Origin: Alphaproteobacteria bacterium
Lineage (GTDB): Bacteria; Pseudomonadota; Alphaproteobacteria; UBA828
Reading direction: 5' to 3'
Length of the DNA: 64,000 nucleotides
Assembly: GCA_965214705.1 (NCBI GenBank)
Contig: CBDCCI010000002.1
Span: 2,336,001-2,400,000, forward strand
Positions 8,488-19,070 of this stretch are shown here, in pieces. Made by a program: the position numbers and the translations under genes. Each line of letters begins with the position of its first letter. The first letter of the stretch is position 1. The notes below the pieces were generated by a model. The model searched no databases. It worked only from the letters and a program-made list of their open reading frames with translations, and had not been told where the DNA came from.

Positions 8488-9852
8488 TTAGCCGCTAATC
8501 CACGGCGGGATCTGGAACGCGGCCGTCTCGTACGGCTCCGGCGCGATCAGCTTGCCCTGCTCCAGGTGGTTCTGAACCTGGAGGAACTGATGCGGCATGC
8601 CGAGCGACGCATCGCGGGTCTCGGTCGGATAGGTCCGGGCCGCCTGGTAGGGCAGCACGAACGCCGTCGCTCCCTGCACGCCGCGATAGATGTTGCGGCG
8701 AATGCGATCGCACACCTTCTCGTTCTGCTCGAACTCACCGGGCGCCCCGGTGCCGCCGGCCATGGCCGACGCGATGGCCCAGTAGTGGCACGAGTCATAG
8801 GGCTGAGAGCCGGTGAGCGGGCTCGCGCTCTCACCGAACTTCGAGTTGAAGCGCTGGAAGTAGTCCTGGCCAATCTCGTCCTGCAGCGCGCCGACCACGG
8901 TGGCGAAGAGCACCCCGTTGGTGGCCTCCTTGCCGATCTCGCGGAAGGCCGCGAGCAGCGGGCCGTACTGCATGTAGACCAGGCTCGGCGTCGGGTTGGG
9001 CACGAACTGCATCATGAACTGGGCGAGATCCTGCGGCACCCAATGGGTGATCGCGATGGCCGCCGGTGGGTCGTTGCGGATCTTCTGCAGCGTCGGCCCC
9101 CATTCGGAGATCGGCACCACTACGGTCTCGTAAAGGCTGATCTCCCAGCCGTATTTCTCGGCCGAATCGCGCATCGCGTTGGCAATGACCACGCTGTAGT
9201 TCTGCGAGCCGGTAACGATGGCGACCTTCCTGTTGGGCGCCTCCCACTTGCCGGTGTCATTGAGGTCGCTGATGAACTTCATGAAGCCCTCGCCGTACCA
9301 GTACTCGGCGGGGTCGGCCATGAAGTTGCTGAAGTAGAGCTCGGGATCGTTGCCTACCGTCTCGTGATGCACGATGTCGGTGTTGTGGTGGATGTAGGGC
9401 ACCCCGGCATCGGCGATCGTGTCGTATTCCGCCGTGACGGCGCCAGTGTTGTAGCCGTTGATGATGGCGTGCACCTCGTGACGGTCGAGCAGGCGCTGCA
9501 TCGCCGGGATAATGTTGTCGGCGCCCTGCTCCTTGCTGTCTTCGAAGACAGGCGCGAGCGGCCGGCCCAGAATGCCGCCCATCATGTTGATCTCTTCGCA
9601 GGCGAGCTCGAGCCCGCTCTTGAACGAGAGACCGTCGGCAGCGGCCCAGCCCGTAAGCGGCACGCAGCCGCCGACCGGGATCGGCTCGCCTTCGGCGCGG
9701 ACGCCGTCGTTGATGTCGGCAAGCAGGCCGCTCGACATGGCGGCAGCGCCGAAACCGGCAAGCCCCGCGCCCTTCATGAAGTTACGCCTGCTCGCGATGA
9801 AGCGCTTGCGCGCTCCTTCCTCTCTGCGTGTTCCGCGGCGTCTGATGATCAT
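8488..9852 (-). CDS. ABC transporter substrate-binding protein, Leu/Ile/Val-binding fold, Tat-exported
   Basis: SRRNFMKGAG twin-arginine motif; PLTG...EEINMMGGILGRPL. First gene of the liv-like operon; start codon uncertain. Confidence 0.88.
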   Translation of the reverse strand: MIIRRRGTRREEGARKRFIASRRNFMKGAGLAGFGAAAMSSGLLADINDGVRAEGEPIPVGGCVPLTGWAAADGLSFKSGLELACEEINMMGGILGRPLAPVFEDSKEQGADNIIPAMQRLLDRHEVHAIINGYNTGAVTAEYDTIADAGVPYIHHNTDIVHHETVGNDPELYFSNFMADPAEYWYGEGFMKFISDLNDTGKWEAPNRKVAIVTGSQNYSVVIANAMRDSAEKYGWEISLYETVVVPISEWGPTLQKIRNDPPAAIAITHWVPQDLAQFMMQFVPNPTPSLVYMQYGPLLAAFREIGKEATNGVLFATVVGALQDEIGQDYFQRFNSKFGESASPLTGSQPYDSCHYWAIASAMAGGTGAPGEFEQNEKVCDRIRRNIYRGVQGATAFVLPYQAARTYPTETRDASLGMPHQFLQVQNHLEQGKLIAPEPYETAAFQIPPWISG

Positions 9853-10183
9853 GGTCGCTTTCCTCCCTCTATGCGCGCCGGCTTTCGGCCTCGGCGCAGG
9901 ACATCCGCTCTCGCGCGCGAGCGCTCTCTCGACAATCGAGAGCCTTTCGCCGCCGCGCGCTGTCGGCGGGAGTCTGCCCGGCTATGCAGCAGTTCGCAAT
10001 TGGGGAAGGCGTATTGTCATAACGGTTGGCGCGCCAGTTGTAACCGGCTGGGGCGGCGCCTACCTCTGCAGCAAGGGGAGGCGCGGAGGAACTCACTCCC
10101 CCGCGCGGTACGAAACAGGCGGAGTAGCGCGTCGCGTCCTCCCGCCTCTGAAGGAGAGTAAGCACATGAAATACCTCTTTGGG

Positions 10184-11685
10184 GAGCCACTTGCAAAATT
10201 CCGCATTTGAGCGGGATTTTGCCGCCGTGGCGGTCAGATTGTCCTGGAAATCGGGACCGCTCTCTGTTCCTGTCGGGTTTCGGACAACATCGACGGAGAG
10301 GGCGGCCCCATGTCGCTGGGACAGACACTATCCGGATTCTGGCATCACATTCAAGCGGATCTTTTCCCGTGGCTTGAGGAGGAGCTCGGGCCGCTCGGCG
10401 AGAGGTACCGGCGCTTCGTCACCGTGCTTGAGCTTGCGCGGGTCGAGAGCTTCCTTCCCCATTTCCATGGCCTGCCCGGTCGGCCGGTCGAGGATCGGGC
10501 GGCCTTGGCCCGCGCCTTCATCGCCAAGGCGGTGTTCGACGTACCCACGACGCGCGCCCTGATCGAGCGCCTTGAGAACGACAAGACGCTACGCCGTCTC
10601 TGCGGCTGGACCTATGCCGCAGAGATCCCGAGCGAGGCGACGTTTTCGCGGGCGTTTGCGGAGTTCTCCGAGAGTGCGTTGCCCGCTCGCGTGCATGAGG
10701 CGCTGATCAAGCAGACCCTCGGAGACCATCTGGTCGGGCACGTCTCGCGCGACTCGACGGCGATCGAGGCGCGCGAGAAGCCTCAGCCCAAGCCCAAGGC
10801 GGAGAAGCCGAAACGCAAGCGCGGCCGCCCGCGCAAGGGCGAGGAGCGGCCCAAGGAGGAGCGCCGCGTGAAACGCCAGCTCACGATGAGCTTGCCCCAG
10901 ATGCTCGACGACCTGCCGAAAGCCTGCGACGTCGGCACCAAGCGCAACGCCAGGGGCCATACCACATCGTGGATCGGTTACAAGCTGCACATCGACGCCG
11001 CCGATGGCGGCATTCCGATCAGTTGCATCCTGACGTCCGCCTCGCTGCACGACAGCCAGGCCGCGATCCCGCTGGCGAGTATGACCGCCGACCGCGTCAC
11101 CAATCTGTACGACCTCATGGACTCAGCCTATGACGCGCCCGAGATCGGCTGGCACAGCTACCTGCTGGGCCACGTCCCGATCATCGACGTCAACCCTCGC
11201 GACAAGGAGTACAAGGAGGAGCTGGCGCGCGAGGCCCGGGCGCAGAGAGGCGTCGGTCACCGCCACCCGGCGGACGAGCGCTACAACGAGCGCTCGAACA
11301 TCGAGCGCATCAACGGTGGGCTGAAGGACAACTGCGGGGGCCGCCATGTCCGCGTGCGCGGCCATGCCAAGGTTCATTGCCACCTGATGTTCGGCATCCT
11401 GGTGCTCACGGTCGACCAGCTGATGCGCCTCCTGGCCTGAGCGGCGCCTCCGTCGCTGTCACGCCGGCACGCCTCCCTCCGCGGAGGCGCAAAAAGCCAT
11501 GTCCGCATCGCGACGGCGGGTCCAAAATGCGCCCGCATGGGCATCGGTTTGCGGCGAATCGGCGCCCCGGCGGCAGCCAGCGACGTCCGCTCGTCCCGAA
11601 GTTCATGTTACGTTCCGACCGTCAATGTCCTCACGCCGGGCTCTCGGGAAAAGCAGACCGCGCCTGGGAGTTTTGCAAGTGGCTC
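10184..11685 (+). mobile_element. Insertion sequence (about 1.5 kb, DDE transposase, IS5/IS1182-like)
   Basis: Terminal IRs GAGCCACTTGCAAAATTC (10184-10201) and GAGTTTTGCAAGTGGCTC (11668-11685), 17/18 match; 4-bp target duplication TGGG at 10180-10183 and 11686-11689. Confidence 0.93.
10310..11440 (+). CDS. DDE transposase
   Basis: PSEATFSR, SRDSTAI, GYKLH, HDSQ, MDSAYD, YNERSNIER motifs. Confidence 0.93.
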   Translation: MSLGQTLSGFWHHIQADLFPWLEEELGPLGERYRRFVTVLELARVESFLPHFHGLPGRPVEDRAALARAFIAKAVFDVPTTRALIERLENDKTLRRLCGWTYAAEIPSEATFSRAFAEFSESALPARVHEALIKQTLGDHLVGHVSRDSTAIEAREKPQPKPKAEKPKRKRGRPRKGEERPKEERRVKRQLTMSLPQMLDDLPKACDVGTKRNARGHTTSWIGYKLHIDAADGGIPISCILTSASLHDSQAAIPLASMTADRVTNLYDLMDSAYDAPEIGWHSYLLGHVPIIDVNPRDKEYKEELAREARAQRGVGHRHPADERYNERSNIERINGGLKDNCGGRHVRVRGHAKVHCHLMFGILVLTVDQLMRLLA

Positions 11686-12336
11686 TGGGTTGACGGCATT
11701 CGCTGCCGTCGTTGGCCTGACGACCGGCGTGAGCCTCGCGTCTTCGCATATGTCCTATGAGGTCACGGTTACGAACAACATGGAGGATGAGCTGCTCGCG
11801 CCAGTGCTGGTGGCGCCGGTTTCCGAAGACGGAAAGATCTTCGTCGAGCGTTACGTTTCGCCGGAAGCGGAGCACCAGATCCTGACCGGAGACCCCGGAA
11901 TGCTCGCGGAGGCCATCGGCGACGAGGCCGCAGTGGCCCACGGCATGGACGGCCCTCCCGGCGTTCTGCTCGCGCCGGGCAAGTCCATCACCTTCGAGGT
12001 GGCGAGCCACGCGGAAGAAGTCCGTGTCTTGGCGATGGTAGCACCCACCATGTACGAGGACCACTACGTGACGGCGGTCGTGCAGTTGAACGGCGAGCCC
12101 ATGTCCGTCGGCCTCGACCGCTTCGATATCGGCTACGATGAGGGCCGCAAGACCATCGAGCCCGTCGCCGCCGCGGTCGCGACCGTGCAGGTCAGCGTAA
12201 AGCAGGATTTCAGCGCGAAGCAGGATTACTGAACACGTGTTGCGTGCCGGCCGGTCGGGCAACCGATCGGCCAGCGTCGCATGTTCAGCGCGCCGTCGCT
12301 ATCGTCGGGTCAGACTAGAGGAGGCAGGAGCGGGGC

Positions 12337-12810
12337 ATGACCCGAGAACACAGCTACAGCACAACGGTGACCTGGACAGGAAACCTCGGTGAAGGCACGG
12401 CGGGCTACAAGGCGTACACACGCGACTACGACATCGCCTGCGCCGACAAGCCGACGATTGCGGGATCGGCGGACCCCGCCTATCGGGGCGATGCAAGCCG
12501 GCACAATCCGGAGGACCTGCTGGTGGCCGCGCTCTCCGCCTGCCACATGCTCTGGTACCTGCACCTCTGTTCGGCCGCCGGCGTCGTGGTGACCGCCTAC
12601 GAAGACTCGGCCGATGGCGTGATGCAGACCCATCCCCCCGGCGGCGAAGGCGAGTTCACACGGGTCACACTGAGGCCCAGCGTGACCATTACGCCCGAGA
12701 GCGATGCCGAGACCGCGGCACGTCTGCACGCGCAGGCCAACGCCAACTGCTTCGTCGCCCGCTCGGTCAACTTCCCGGTGGATCACCAAGCGACAATCGT
12801 GAAGGCTTAG
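12337..12810 (+). CDS. OsmC family protein
   Basis: WTGNLG, NPEDLLVAALSACHMLWYL, CFVARSVNFPV. Confidence 0.92.
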   Translation: MTREHSYSTTVTWTGNLGEGTAGYKAYTRDYDIACADKPTIAGSADPAYRGDASRHNPEDLLVAALSACHMLWYLHLCSAAGVVVTAYEDSADGVMQTHPPGGEGEFTRVTLRPSVTITPESDAETAARLHAQANANCFVARSVNFPVDHQATIVKA

Positions 12811-12859
12811 CGCGCGCAGCCGAGAACCTACGCGGGACGATCGTTGGCCGGGGCTGGGA

Positions 12860-15800
12860 CTATTCCCGACGGCCCTCGACGATCATCACCAGCGCCGGCA
12901 ACACGAACAGGATCGACAGGGTGGAGAATGTCAGGCCACCCAACATGCTGACGACGAAGGGCACGAATCCGATCAGCTCGTCGCCGCGCTCGTAGAGCAG
13001 GGGCGAGAGCCCCAGCAGCGTGGTGAGGGTCGTCAGGAACACCGGCCGGAATCGCTGTCGTGTTACCGCGGCTGCGGCAGCGATGGCGGGGATCATCGCA
13101 TTGTCCTGCCGGATCTTGTTGTAGCGGTCCAGCAACACGAGAGCGTCGTTCACGACCACACCGCCGACGGCAATCATGCCGAAGATCGACATGGTGGTCA
13201 GATCCCAGCCCAGGACCCAGTGGCTCACGATCGCCCCGGCGAATGCGATTGGAATGCCCACGACAGCGATGACCGGCTTCCAGTAGCTGCGCAGGAAGGC
13301 TGCGATAAGGGCGTAGATCGCGATCAAGACGATGGGGACGAGAAGCGCCAGCGTCTCGAGCATGTCGCCCTCGTCCCGAGCACCAGCTTCGACCTCGATG
13401 GCGAGACCGGAATACTTCGCCAGAAGGTCGGGGATGACTTGATCGCGAACCTCACGCCGCGCCTGAATCGGCGTGATCACCGCAGTGTCCGCCCGCCCAT
13501 TGACGCGCGCAGCCCGCTTGCCGTCGATCCGCGTCAGCGTCGCCGACTCGCGCTTCTCGGTAATGCTGGCCACCAGCGAGAGCGGCATTTCGCCGCCGCC
13601 CGGCCGTTGGATCCGTTCGCTGGCGAGCTCGCTCAGGCTGCGCCGCTCGGCCGGATACCTGACCACCACGTTGATTTCCTCGCGGCCCCGCTGGATTCGC
13701 TGGACGTCCGCGCCGTGGAAGCTGGAGCGCAGCTGCTTCCCGATCAGTGCCGGCGTCAGCCCTGCGGCCTTTCCAGCGGGGGTCAGCCCGATCTCGAAGT
13801 GGCGTTTCCCCGGCGCCAGGTCATCATGGATGCCGTAGATGCCCGGCACGGTCGCCATCCCCGCCCTCAGCTCGGCGGCAGCGCTTCTCAACGTCTCCGT
13901 GTCGTCGTGCTTGAGCGAATAGGAAACACTCGGCCTGACTTCGACGCGCCTGGAGCGGAATTCAGCCTTCTCCAGGTTCGTCACGGAACCGATGGCCTCG
14001 CGCCACGCGCGCTCAATTTGGGCCGGGCTCGCGCTGCGGTCGGCCTGGTCGCTGAGATGCAGACGGACGGAGGCGAGATGGCTGTTATTCAACTGTTCTC
14101 TGATTTTCCGCGCCGTCTCGATGTTGCCGACGATCATGCTCACCGCGTCGACGGGAGCGCCCTCCAGCCGGTCGTTGAGGCTGTGCGCCGCCTCGACGAA
14201 GCGATCGGCTGTGGCCAGCGTCTCCTCGAACGGCGCGCCCACCGGCAGATAGATATCCGCCTGCACATTGTCGGTGCTGCTCAGGTTTTGGTCGAAAAGG
14301 ACGATCCGAACGGTATCGGAACCAAGGAGCAGAACTGCAGCGACCAGAACAAGGATCCCACCGCCGATCGACAACCAGACGTTGCGCACGGCCCATGAGG
14401 CCGCAGGCGCCACGACCCTGTCGCGCACCTCGTCCAGCCACCCGCCGACCTGGGTCTGCACGTCGCTCAGCGGCGAGAGGCTCCAGCGCCTCCCGTGCGA
14501 GAGATGCGCCGGGAGGATGAAGAACGCCGCAACCAGGGAGACGAGCAGAACGAAGATCGCGACATAGGGGAACACGTTCACGATCTGGAACGCGGGCGAA
14601 GTGATGAAGAGGAACGGCAGGAACGCCAGAATCGTCGTAATGGCGCCAATGGTGAGCGGACCCACCATGGCCCGCGCGCCGGAAATCGCCGCATCCAGCG
14701 CGTTCTTCCCCTTCTCGCGTTCCGCGGCGATGCTTTCTCCCACCACGACGGAATCGTCCACGACGATGCCCACCAGGAGGAAGAAGCCGAAAATCGTGCC
14801 GAGATTTAGGGTGAGGCTCGCGGCATCGAAGAAGAGCAGCGAGCCCACGAAGGACAGGGGAATTCCGACGGTCATCCACAATGCGATACGGAGCTCGAAA
14901 ACGAGAACGAGACTGATGAACACCAGGATCGCACCGATCGCTCCGTTCTTCACGATCTCCAGCAGCCGGTCGAATATGGGAGTGGCATTGTCGTTCCAGA
15001 TGCTGACGCTCACGCCTTCGGGCGGGTCGTAGACCGTGAGCAGATTCCTGACATCTTCGGCCATCTCGACGACGGACTGCTGCTCGGTCGCATCCACGCG
15101 AACTAGCACCGCCGGATGGCCATTCACCTCTGTGATCACCTCCTGGTCGACGAACCCGTCGCGAATCGTGGCGACATTGCCGAGCGTCACGATCGTGCCG
15201 TCGTTCTGCGTGATGAGCGGAATGTCCTCGAAATCCTGGCCGACGCTCCTCTTGGCGACGGTTTGCAGGATTACGCTGCCCGTGTCCGTGCGTATCTCGC
15301 CCATGGTGAGGTTGAGAGACGCCTGTCTCACCTTTCTGGACACTTCGGCGATGGTGAGGCTGTGGCGGCGCAACTCCTCCTCGCTGAGCTCTATCGCGAT
15401 CTCGCGGTCCCGGGTGCCTTTCAGCCCCACCTGAGAGACGGACGGCAGCGCCAACACCCTGTCGCGCAGGTCTTCCGCCGCGAGGCGCAGTCCATCCTCG
15501 GGCAGACTGGAGGACACGACCGCCAGCGTCATGACTTCGTGAGCAACCTTGAGAAGCTCGACATCCGGCTGTTCCGCCCTGACCGGCGGGAAGTTCTCGA
15601 TGCTGTCGATCGCACTCTGAATGTCGTTGAAGACGGCGTCTGAATCCGCGAAAGTCGCCATCTCCACCATGACCTTGCCGATGCTCTGGCTTGCGGTCGA
15701 CACCACGCGCTCGACGCCGGGCAACCCGACGACGGCCTCTTCGATGCGGCGGTTGATGTCCTCCTCGACCTCCTGGGGCGAGGCGCCCGGATACAGCACC

Positions 15801-16012
15801 GAAACGGCGGCCCGCCGCGCTTCAATATCCGGGTAGTACTGGACGATGAGTTGGAGCCCCGAAAGCACGCCACCGACGATCAGAAGAATCATCAGCAGGT
15901 TGGCGGCAACGGGATTGCCGGCGAAGTAGGCGATCAGTCCCGACTTGAGGCCAGTCGGGCTCGGCTGCGCCGCGGGCGCGGCGTCGGTGCTGCCGGCGTC
16001 GGTCATGCTCAT
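12860..16012 (-). CDS. RND efflux transporter permease subunit (AcrB/AcrD/AcrF family)
   Basis: 1050 aa; NPVAANLL, YPGASPQEVE, GIVVDDSVVVGE, GVVVNDALVL, RFRPVFLTTLTT. Confidence 0.93.
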   Translation of the reverse strand: MSMTDAGSTDAAPAAQPSPTGLKSGLIAYFAGNPVAANLLMILLIVGGVLSGLQLIVQYYPDIEARRAAVSVLYPGASPQEVEEDINRRIEEAVVGLPGVERVVSTASQSIGKVMVEMATFADSDAVFNDIQSAIDSIENFPPVRAEQPDVELLKVAHEVMTLAVVSSSLPEDGLRLAAEDLRDRVLALPSVSQVGLKGTRDREIAIELSEEELRRHSLTIAEVSRKVRQASLNLTMGEIRTDTGSVILQTVAKRSVGQDFEDIPLITQNDGTIVTLGNVATIRDGFVDQEVITEVNGHPAVLVRVDATEQQSVVEMAEDVRNLLTVYDPPEGVSVSIWNDNATPIFDRLLEIVKNGAIGAILVFISLVLVFELRIALWMTVGIPLSFVGSLLFFDAASLTLNLGTIFGFFLLVGIVVDDSVVVGESIAAEREKGKNALDAAISGARAMVGPLTIGAITTILAFLPFLFITSPAFQIVNVFPYVAIFVLLVSLVAAFFILPAHLSHGRRWSLSPLSDVQTQVGGWLDEVRDRVVAPAASWAVRNVWLSIGGGILVLVAAVLLLGSDTVRIVLFDQNLSSTDNVQADIYLPVGAPFEETLATADRFVEAAHSLNDRLEGAPVDAVSMIVGNIETARKIREQLNNSHLASVRLHLSDQADRSASPAQIERAWREAIGSVTNLEKAEFRSRRVEVRPSVSYSLKHDDTETLRSAAAELRAGMATVPGIYGIHDDLAPGKRHFEIGLTPAGKAAGLTPALIGKQLRSSFHGADVQRIQRGREEINVVVRYPAERRSLSELASERIQRPGGGEMPLSLVASITEKRESATLTRIDGKRAARVNGRADTAVITPIQARREVRDQVIPDLLAKYSGLAIEVEAGARDEGDMLETLALLVPIVLIAIYALIAAFLRSYWKPVIAVVGIPIAFAGAIVSHWVLGWDLTTMSIFGMIAVGGVVVNDALVLLDRYNKIRQDNAMIPAIAAAAAVTRQRFRPVFLTTLTTLLGLSPLLYERGDELIGFVPFVVSMLGGLTFSTLSILFVLPALVMIVEGRRE

Positions 16013-16024
16013 GGCCCGGCTCCG

Positions 16025-17209
16025 CTATTCCGACGCCTGCGCGGCGCTGACCTCGACGGCCAATCCCTCTCGCGCTCCCGGCAAGGAGCCGACGACGATG
16101 CCGTCGCCCACGTCGAACGCCTCCACCACCACGCCGCCGTCGGCGTGCCCCAGTGCGCGCGGCATGACGGCCTTCAGCGCGCCGCCTTCGACGATCCAGA
16201 CGCGGCCCCGGTCCTGCATGGCCGATTCCGGCAGGACGAGCACGTTGTCGTGCACGGGCCCCGCGATCGAAACCTCCACGAACGAACCGGGGAGCGGCAG
16301 CGTCTCCGCCGGGTGAGCCTCTGCGAATTTCAGGAAGACCCTCGCAAGACGAGACTTGGGACCGATGATCGCAGACGTGCGCTCCACCACAGCGTCGTAT
16401 GTTCCTGACGCAGTCCGAATTGTGGCGGAGCGACCGATGGCCGGCGCGAGATAAGCGAGGCTGTCCTGCTCGATGGGCGCTCTGACCTGGAGCGCGTCGG
16501 TTCGGTAGACGGAGCCCAATGACGAGGCGCGGCCGACCAGTTCGGCGGGGCCGACGAACTGGCCAACGTCGATATCCGCTGCTGCGACCCGGACGTCGAA
16601 TGGAAGGGAGATCTCGGTTCGGTCGAGCCGGAGTTGCGCCAGCTTCATCTTGGCCTGCGCCTTCATGAGCGCGGCTTCCGCCTTCGCTACGTGCGGCGCG
16701 CGGTGCACCCGCTCGGGAATGTCGGCTCCGGGGTTCTCGCGTGCGAAGGAGGCCGCGGCTTCCTCCGCCTTGGCCTTCTCGATCTGAAGCCGGGCCTCTG
16801 CCTTTGCGACCTTCGCGGTGGCGACTTCGAGCTCGAGCTCGTATTCGGCCGGATCGATCCTGATGATGGGCTCGTTCGCGGCGATCGACCCGCCGTTTCG
16901 GAAACTGGGCGAGACCCAAATCACACGGCCGCCGACTTCGGACGTGACTTTCACGTTCCCGTGCAGGGTGACCCCCCCTGTCAGGTCGACCCTCAGCGCC
17001 TGTTCGGTTGGCGCCGGTTGAATCACCGAAACGGTGGGTTTCGTCTGGTCGAGCGCCATGTCGGAGATCGGGTCGCGCTCCACACGGCTTGGTGCCTGCG
17101 CGAAGTAGAGAGCGACTCCGATGGCGGCCAATATCAGGACCAGCTGCGCGTAGCCCATCCACTTCGGGCGGCCGGATCTACCTTGGGGCTCTGTCGTTTC
17201 TTGTGCCAT
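16025..17209 (-). CDS. RND efflux periplasmic adaptor (membrane fusion protein)
   Basis: N-terminal TM, SEVGGRV, coiled coil, RTEISLPFD, LPGSFVEV; directly upstream of the RND permease. Confidence 0.9.
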   Translation of the reverse strand: MAQETTEPQGRSGRPKWMGYAQLVLILAAIGVALYFAQAPSRVERDPISDMALDQTKPTVSVIQPAPTEQALRVDLTGGVTLHGNVKVTSEVGGRVIWVSPSFRNGGSIAANEPIIRIDPAEYELELEVATAKVAKAEARLQIEKAKAEEAAASFARENPGADIPERVHRAPHVAKAEAALMKAQAKMKLAQLRLDRTEISLPFDVRVAAADIDVGQFVGPAELVGRASSLGSVYRTDALQVRAPIEQDSLAYLAPAIGRSATIRTASGTYDAVVERTSAIIGPKSRLARVFLKFAEAHPAETLPLPGSFVEVSIAGPVHDNVLVLPESAMQDRGRVWIVEGGALKAVMPRALGHADGGVVVEAFDVGDGIVVGSLPGAREGLAVEVSAAQASE

Positions 17210-17636
17210 CGCTCATTCCGGGTGCGTCTGACTAGGTCTCCGCCGATCCGACCGCACTAGGCACACAACCCGCGGCGTCGGACGTTTCTATCCGCCCCGC
17301 TTCCTTCGTATTCGACAGCAAGTCACGTGAATTGTGAGGAAGTTGAGACCGTTGCTCTTGGTCTCGGCAACGGCTTGGCTGCCGTTCGGCAATTCGCTGA
17401 GTCCGACAGCCCTCAGTGTCCCCTGCCTCCGTCGTGACTCCCTGTCAGCCAATCAGGACGGCATATTTTTGCCGCCGCAACGCTCGCACCCCACATTGCC
17501 GGCTGTCAAGCGCGCGACGGGTGGGGTGCCAATCTGGCCGCTACCGTGGCGAAAATGCCGGGGCGAGGCTCGGCACTCGAGGCCGCGGCGCGCTATGGTA
17601 CGCCGCTCAGTCGAAGAGAGCAGCGGGGGACGAACG

Positions 17637-19070
17637 ATGGGCGGGTTCGCGGAGTACGAGTCATACGACGCGCTCGGTCTCGCGACGCTGGTGAAGGCCG
17701 GCGAAGTCAGCGCGACCGAGGTGCTGGAGGCGGCGATCTCGCGCGTGGAATCGCGCAACCCGGCCATCAACGCGGTCGTGATGGAGCTTTACGACCACGC
17801 CACGCAGGCGATCGAGGCAGGTCTGCCGGAAGGCCCGCTCAAGGGCGTGCCGTTCCTGCTCAAGGATCTCGGCTCGGCGCTCGCAGGCGCGAGGACCGCA
17901 CGGGGCAGCCGCTTCTTCGCCGACCTGCCGCCCGCGACCGAGGACAGCGTCCACGTCACCCGCCTCAAGCAGGCCGGCGTGGTGATCTACGGCAAGACCA
18001 GCACCTGCGAGCTCGGCCTCAGCCTCACCTGCGAGCCGCAGCTCTACGGCCCGTCGCGCAACCCCTGGGACCTGGAGCGGACTCCCGCCGGCTCCAGCGG
18101 CGGTGCTTCTGCAGCGGTGTCAGCCCGTATGCTGCCAATTGCCCATGCCTCCGACGGCTTTGGCTCGATCCGCGCGCCGGCGGCCTCCTGCGGCTTGGTG
18201 GGGCTGCGGCCGACGCGGGCGCGCAACACCATGGCGCCCTACTTCGGCGAGTCGCTCGGCGGGCTTGCCATCGAGCACGCGGTGTCACTCACGGTCCGCG
18301 ACAGCGCGGCGCTGCTCGATGCCACGTCAGGCCCGGCGCCGGGCGATCCCTACATCGCGCCGCCGCCGGCCCGCCCGTTCCTCGAAGAGGTCGGCGCCGA
18401 TCCCGGCACGCTCCGCATCGCGTTCACCAGCCAGGCGCCCAACGGTGCGCCCGTGGCGGAGGATTCGCTTCGCGTCCTGCAGGAGACCGCGTCGCTTTGC
18501 GAGGAGCTCGGCCATCGGGTGGAAGAGACCGATCCCGCAATCGACCGGGCCGACGTGATCCCGACCTTCCGCACGATCAGCGCGATCCAGATCCTCTACC
18601 TGCTGCGCGCACACCCCTCGGGCCGGACGCCTGCGCCGGGCGAGTTGGAGACCGTGGTTTCCGACACGGCAAGGCTCGCCGAGACGATCGATGGTGCCAG
18701 CTACATGGCGGCGGTCCACACCGCGCACCGCGTCGGCCGCCAGATGGCGGCGTTCCACGCGGATTGGGACGTGCTGCTCACCCCTGGCCTCGGCACGCTG
18801 CCGCCCAAGCTCGGCTGGCTCGACATGATGATGGACGATCTGGAGGAGTACTGGCGCCGGGTGTTCAGCTTCAGCCCGTTCACGGTGTGGTTCAACCTCA
18901 CCGGCCAGCCGGCCATGATGATCCCGCTGGGCACGACCGAGAGCAGCTTCCCGGTCGCGGTGCAGGCGATCGCGCGCCACGGCGACGAGGCAACCCTCTT
19001 CCGCCTCGCCGCCCAGCTCGAGGAGGCGCGGCCCTGGATCGGGCGCCGGCCGGCGTGGACTACAGCCTGA
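17637..19070 (+). CDS. Amidase signature family enzyme
   Basis: [13 protein letters not shown]...[30 protein letters not shown]. Start at MGGFAEY after a GGGGG RBS. Confidence 0.93.
   Translation: MGGFAEYESYDALGLATLVKAGEVSATEVLEAAISRVESRNPAINAVVMELYDHATQAIEAGLPEGPLKGVPFLLKDLGSALAGARTARGSRFFADLPPATEDSVHVTRLKQAGVVIYGKTSTCELGLSLTCEPQLYGPSRNPWDLERTPAGSSGGASAAVSARMLPIAHASDGFGSIRAPAASCGLVGLRPTRARNTMAPYFGESLGGLAIEHAVSLTVRDSAALLDATSGPAPGDPYIAPPPARPFLEEVGADPGTLRIAFTSQAPNGAPVAEDSLRVLQETASLCEELGHRVEETDPAIDRADVIPTFRTISAIQILYLLRAHPSGRTPAPGELETVVSDTARLAETIDGASYMAAVHTAHRVGRQMAAFHADWDVLLTPGLGTLPPKLGWLDMMMDDLEEYWRRVFSFSPFTVWFNLTGQPAMMIPLGTTESSFPVAVQAIARHGDEATLFRLAAQLEEARPWIGRRPAWTTA

Larger units (their letters stand above)
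10166..12232 (+). pseudogene. Secreted spondin-domain-like protein interrupted by an IS inside its signal peptide
   Basis: AAGGAG RBS and ATG at 10166 (MKYLFG). Removing the IS plus one TGGG rejoins in frame to LTAFAAVVGLTTGVSLA-SSHMSYEVTVTN...; YEVTVTN, LAPVLVA, GDPGML and LAMVAPT resemble bacterial Spondin_N proteins. Confidence 0.8.

Noticed and set aside
10026-10042. Sigma-54-like sequence TTGGCGCGCCAGTTGTA
   Set aside because: The -12 element reads GT rather than the near-invariant GC; insufficient support.
11537-11689. N-terminus of the 231-aa ORF 11537..12232
   Set aside because: Lies inside the IS right end; the true N-terminus is at 10166.
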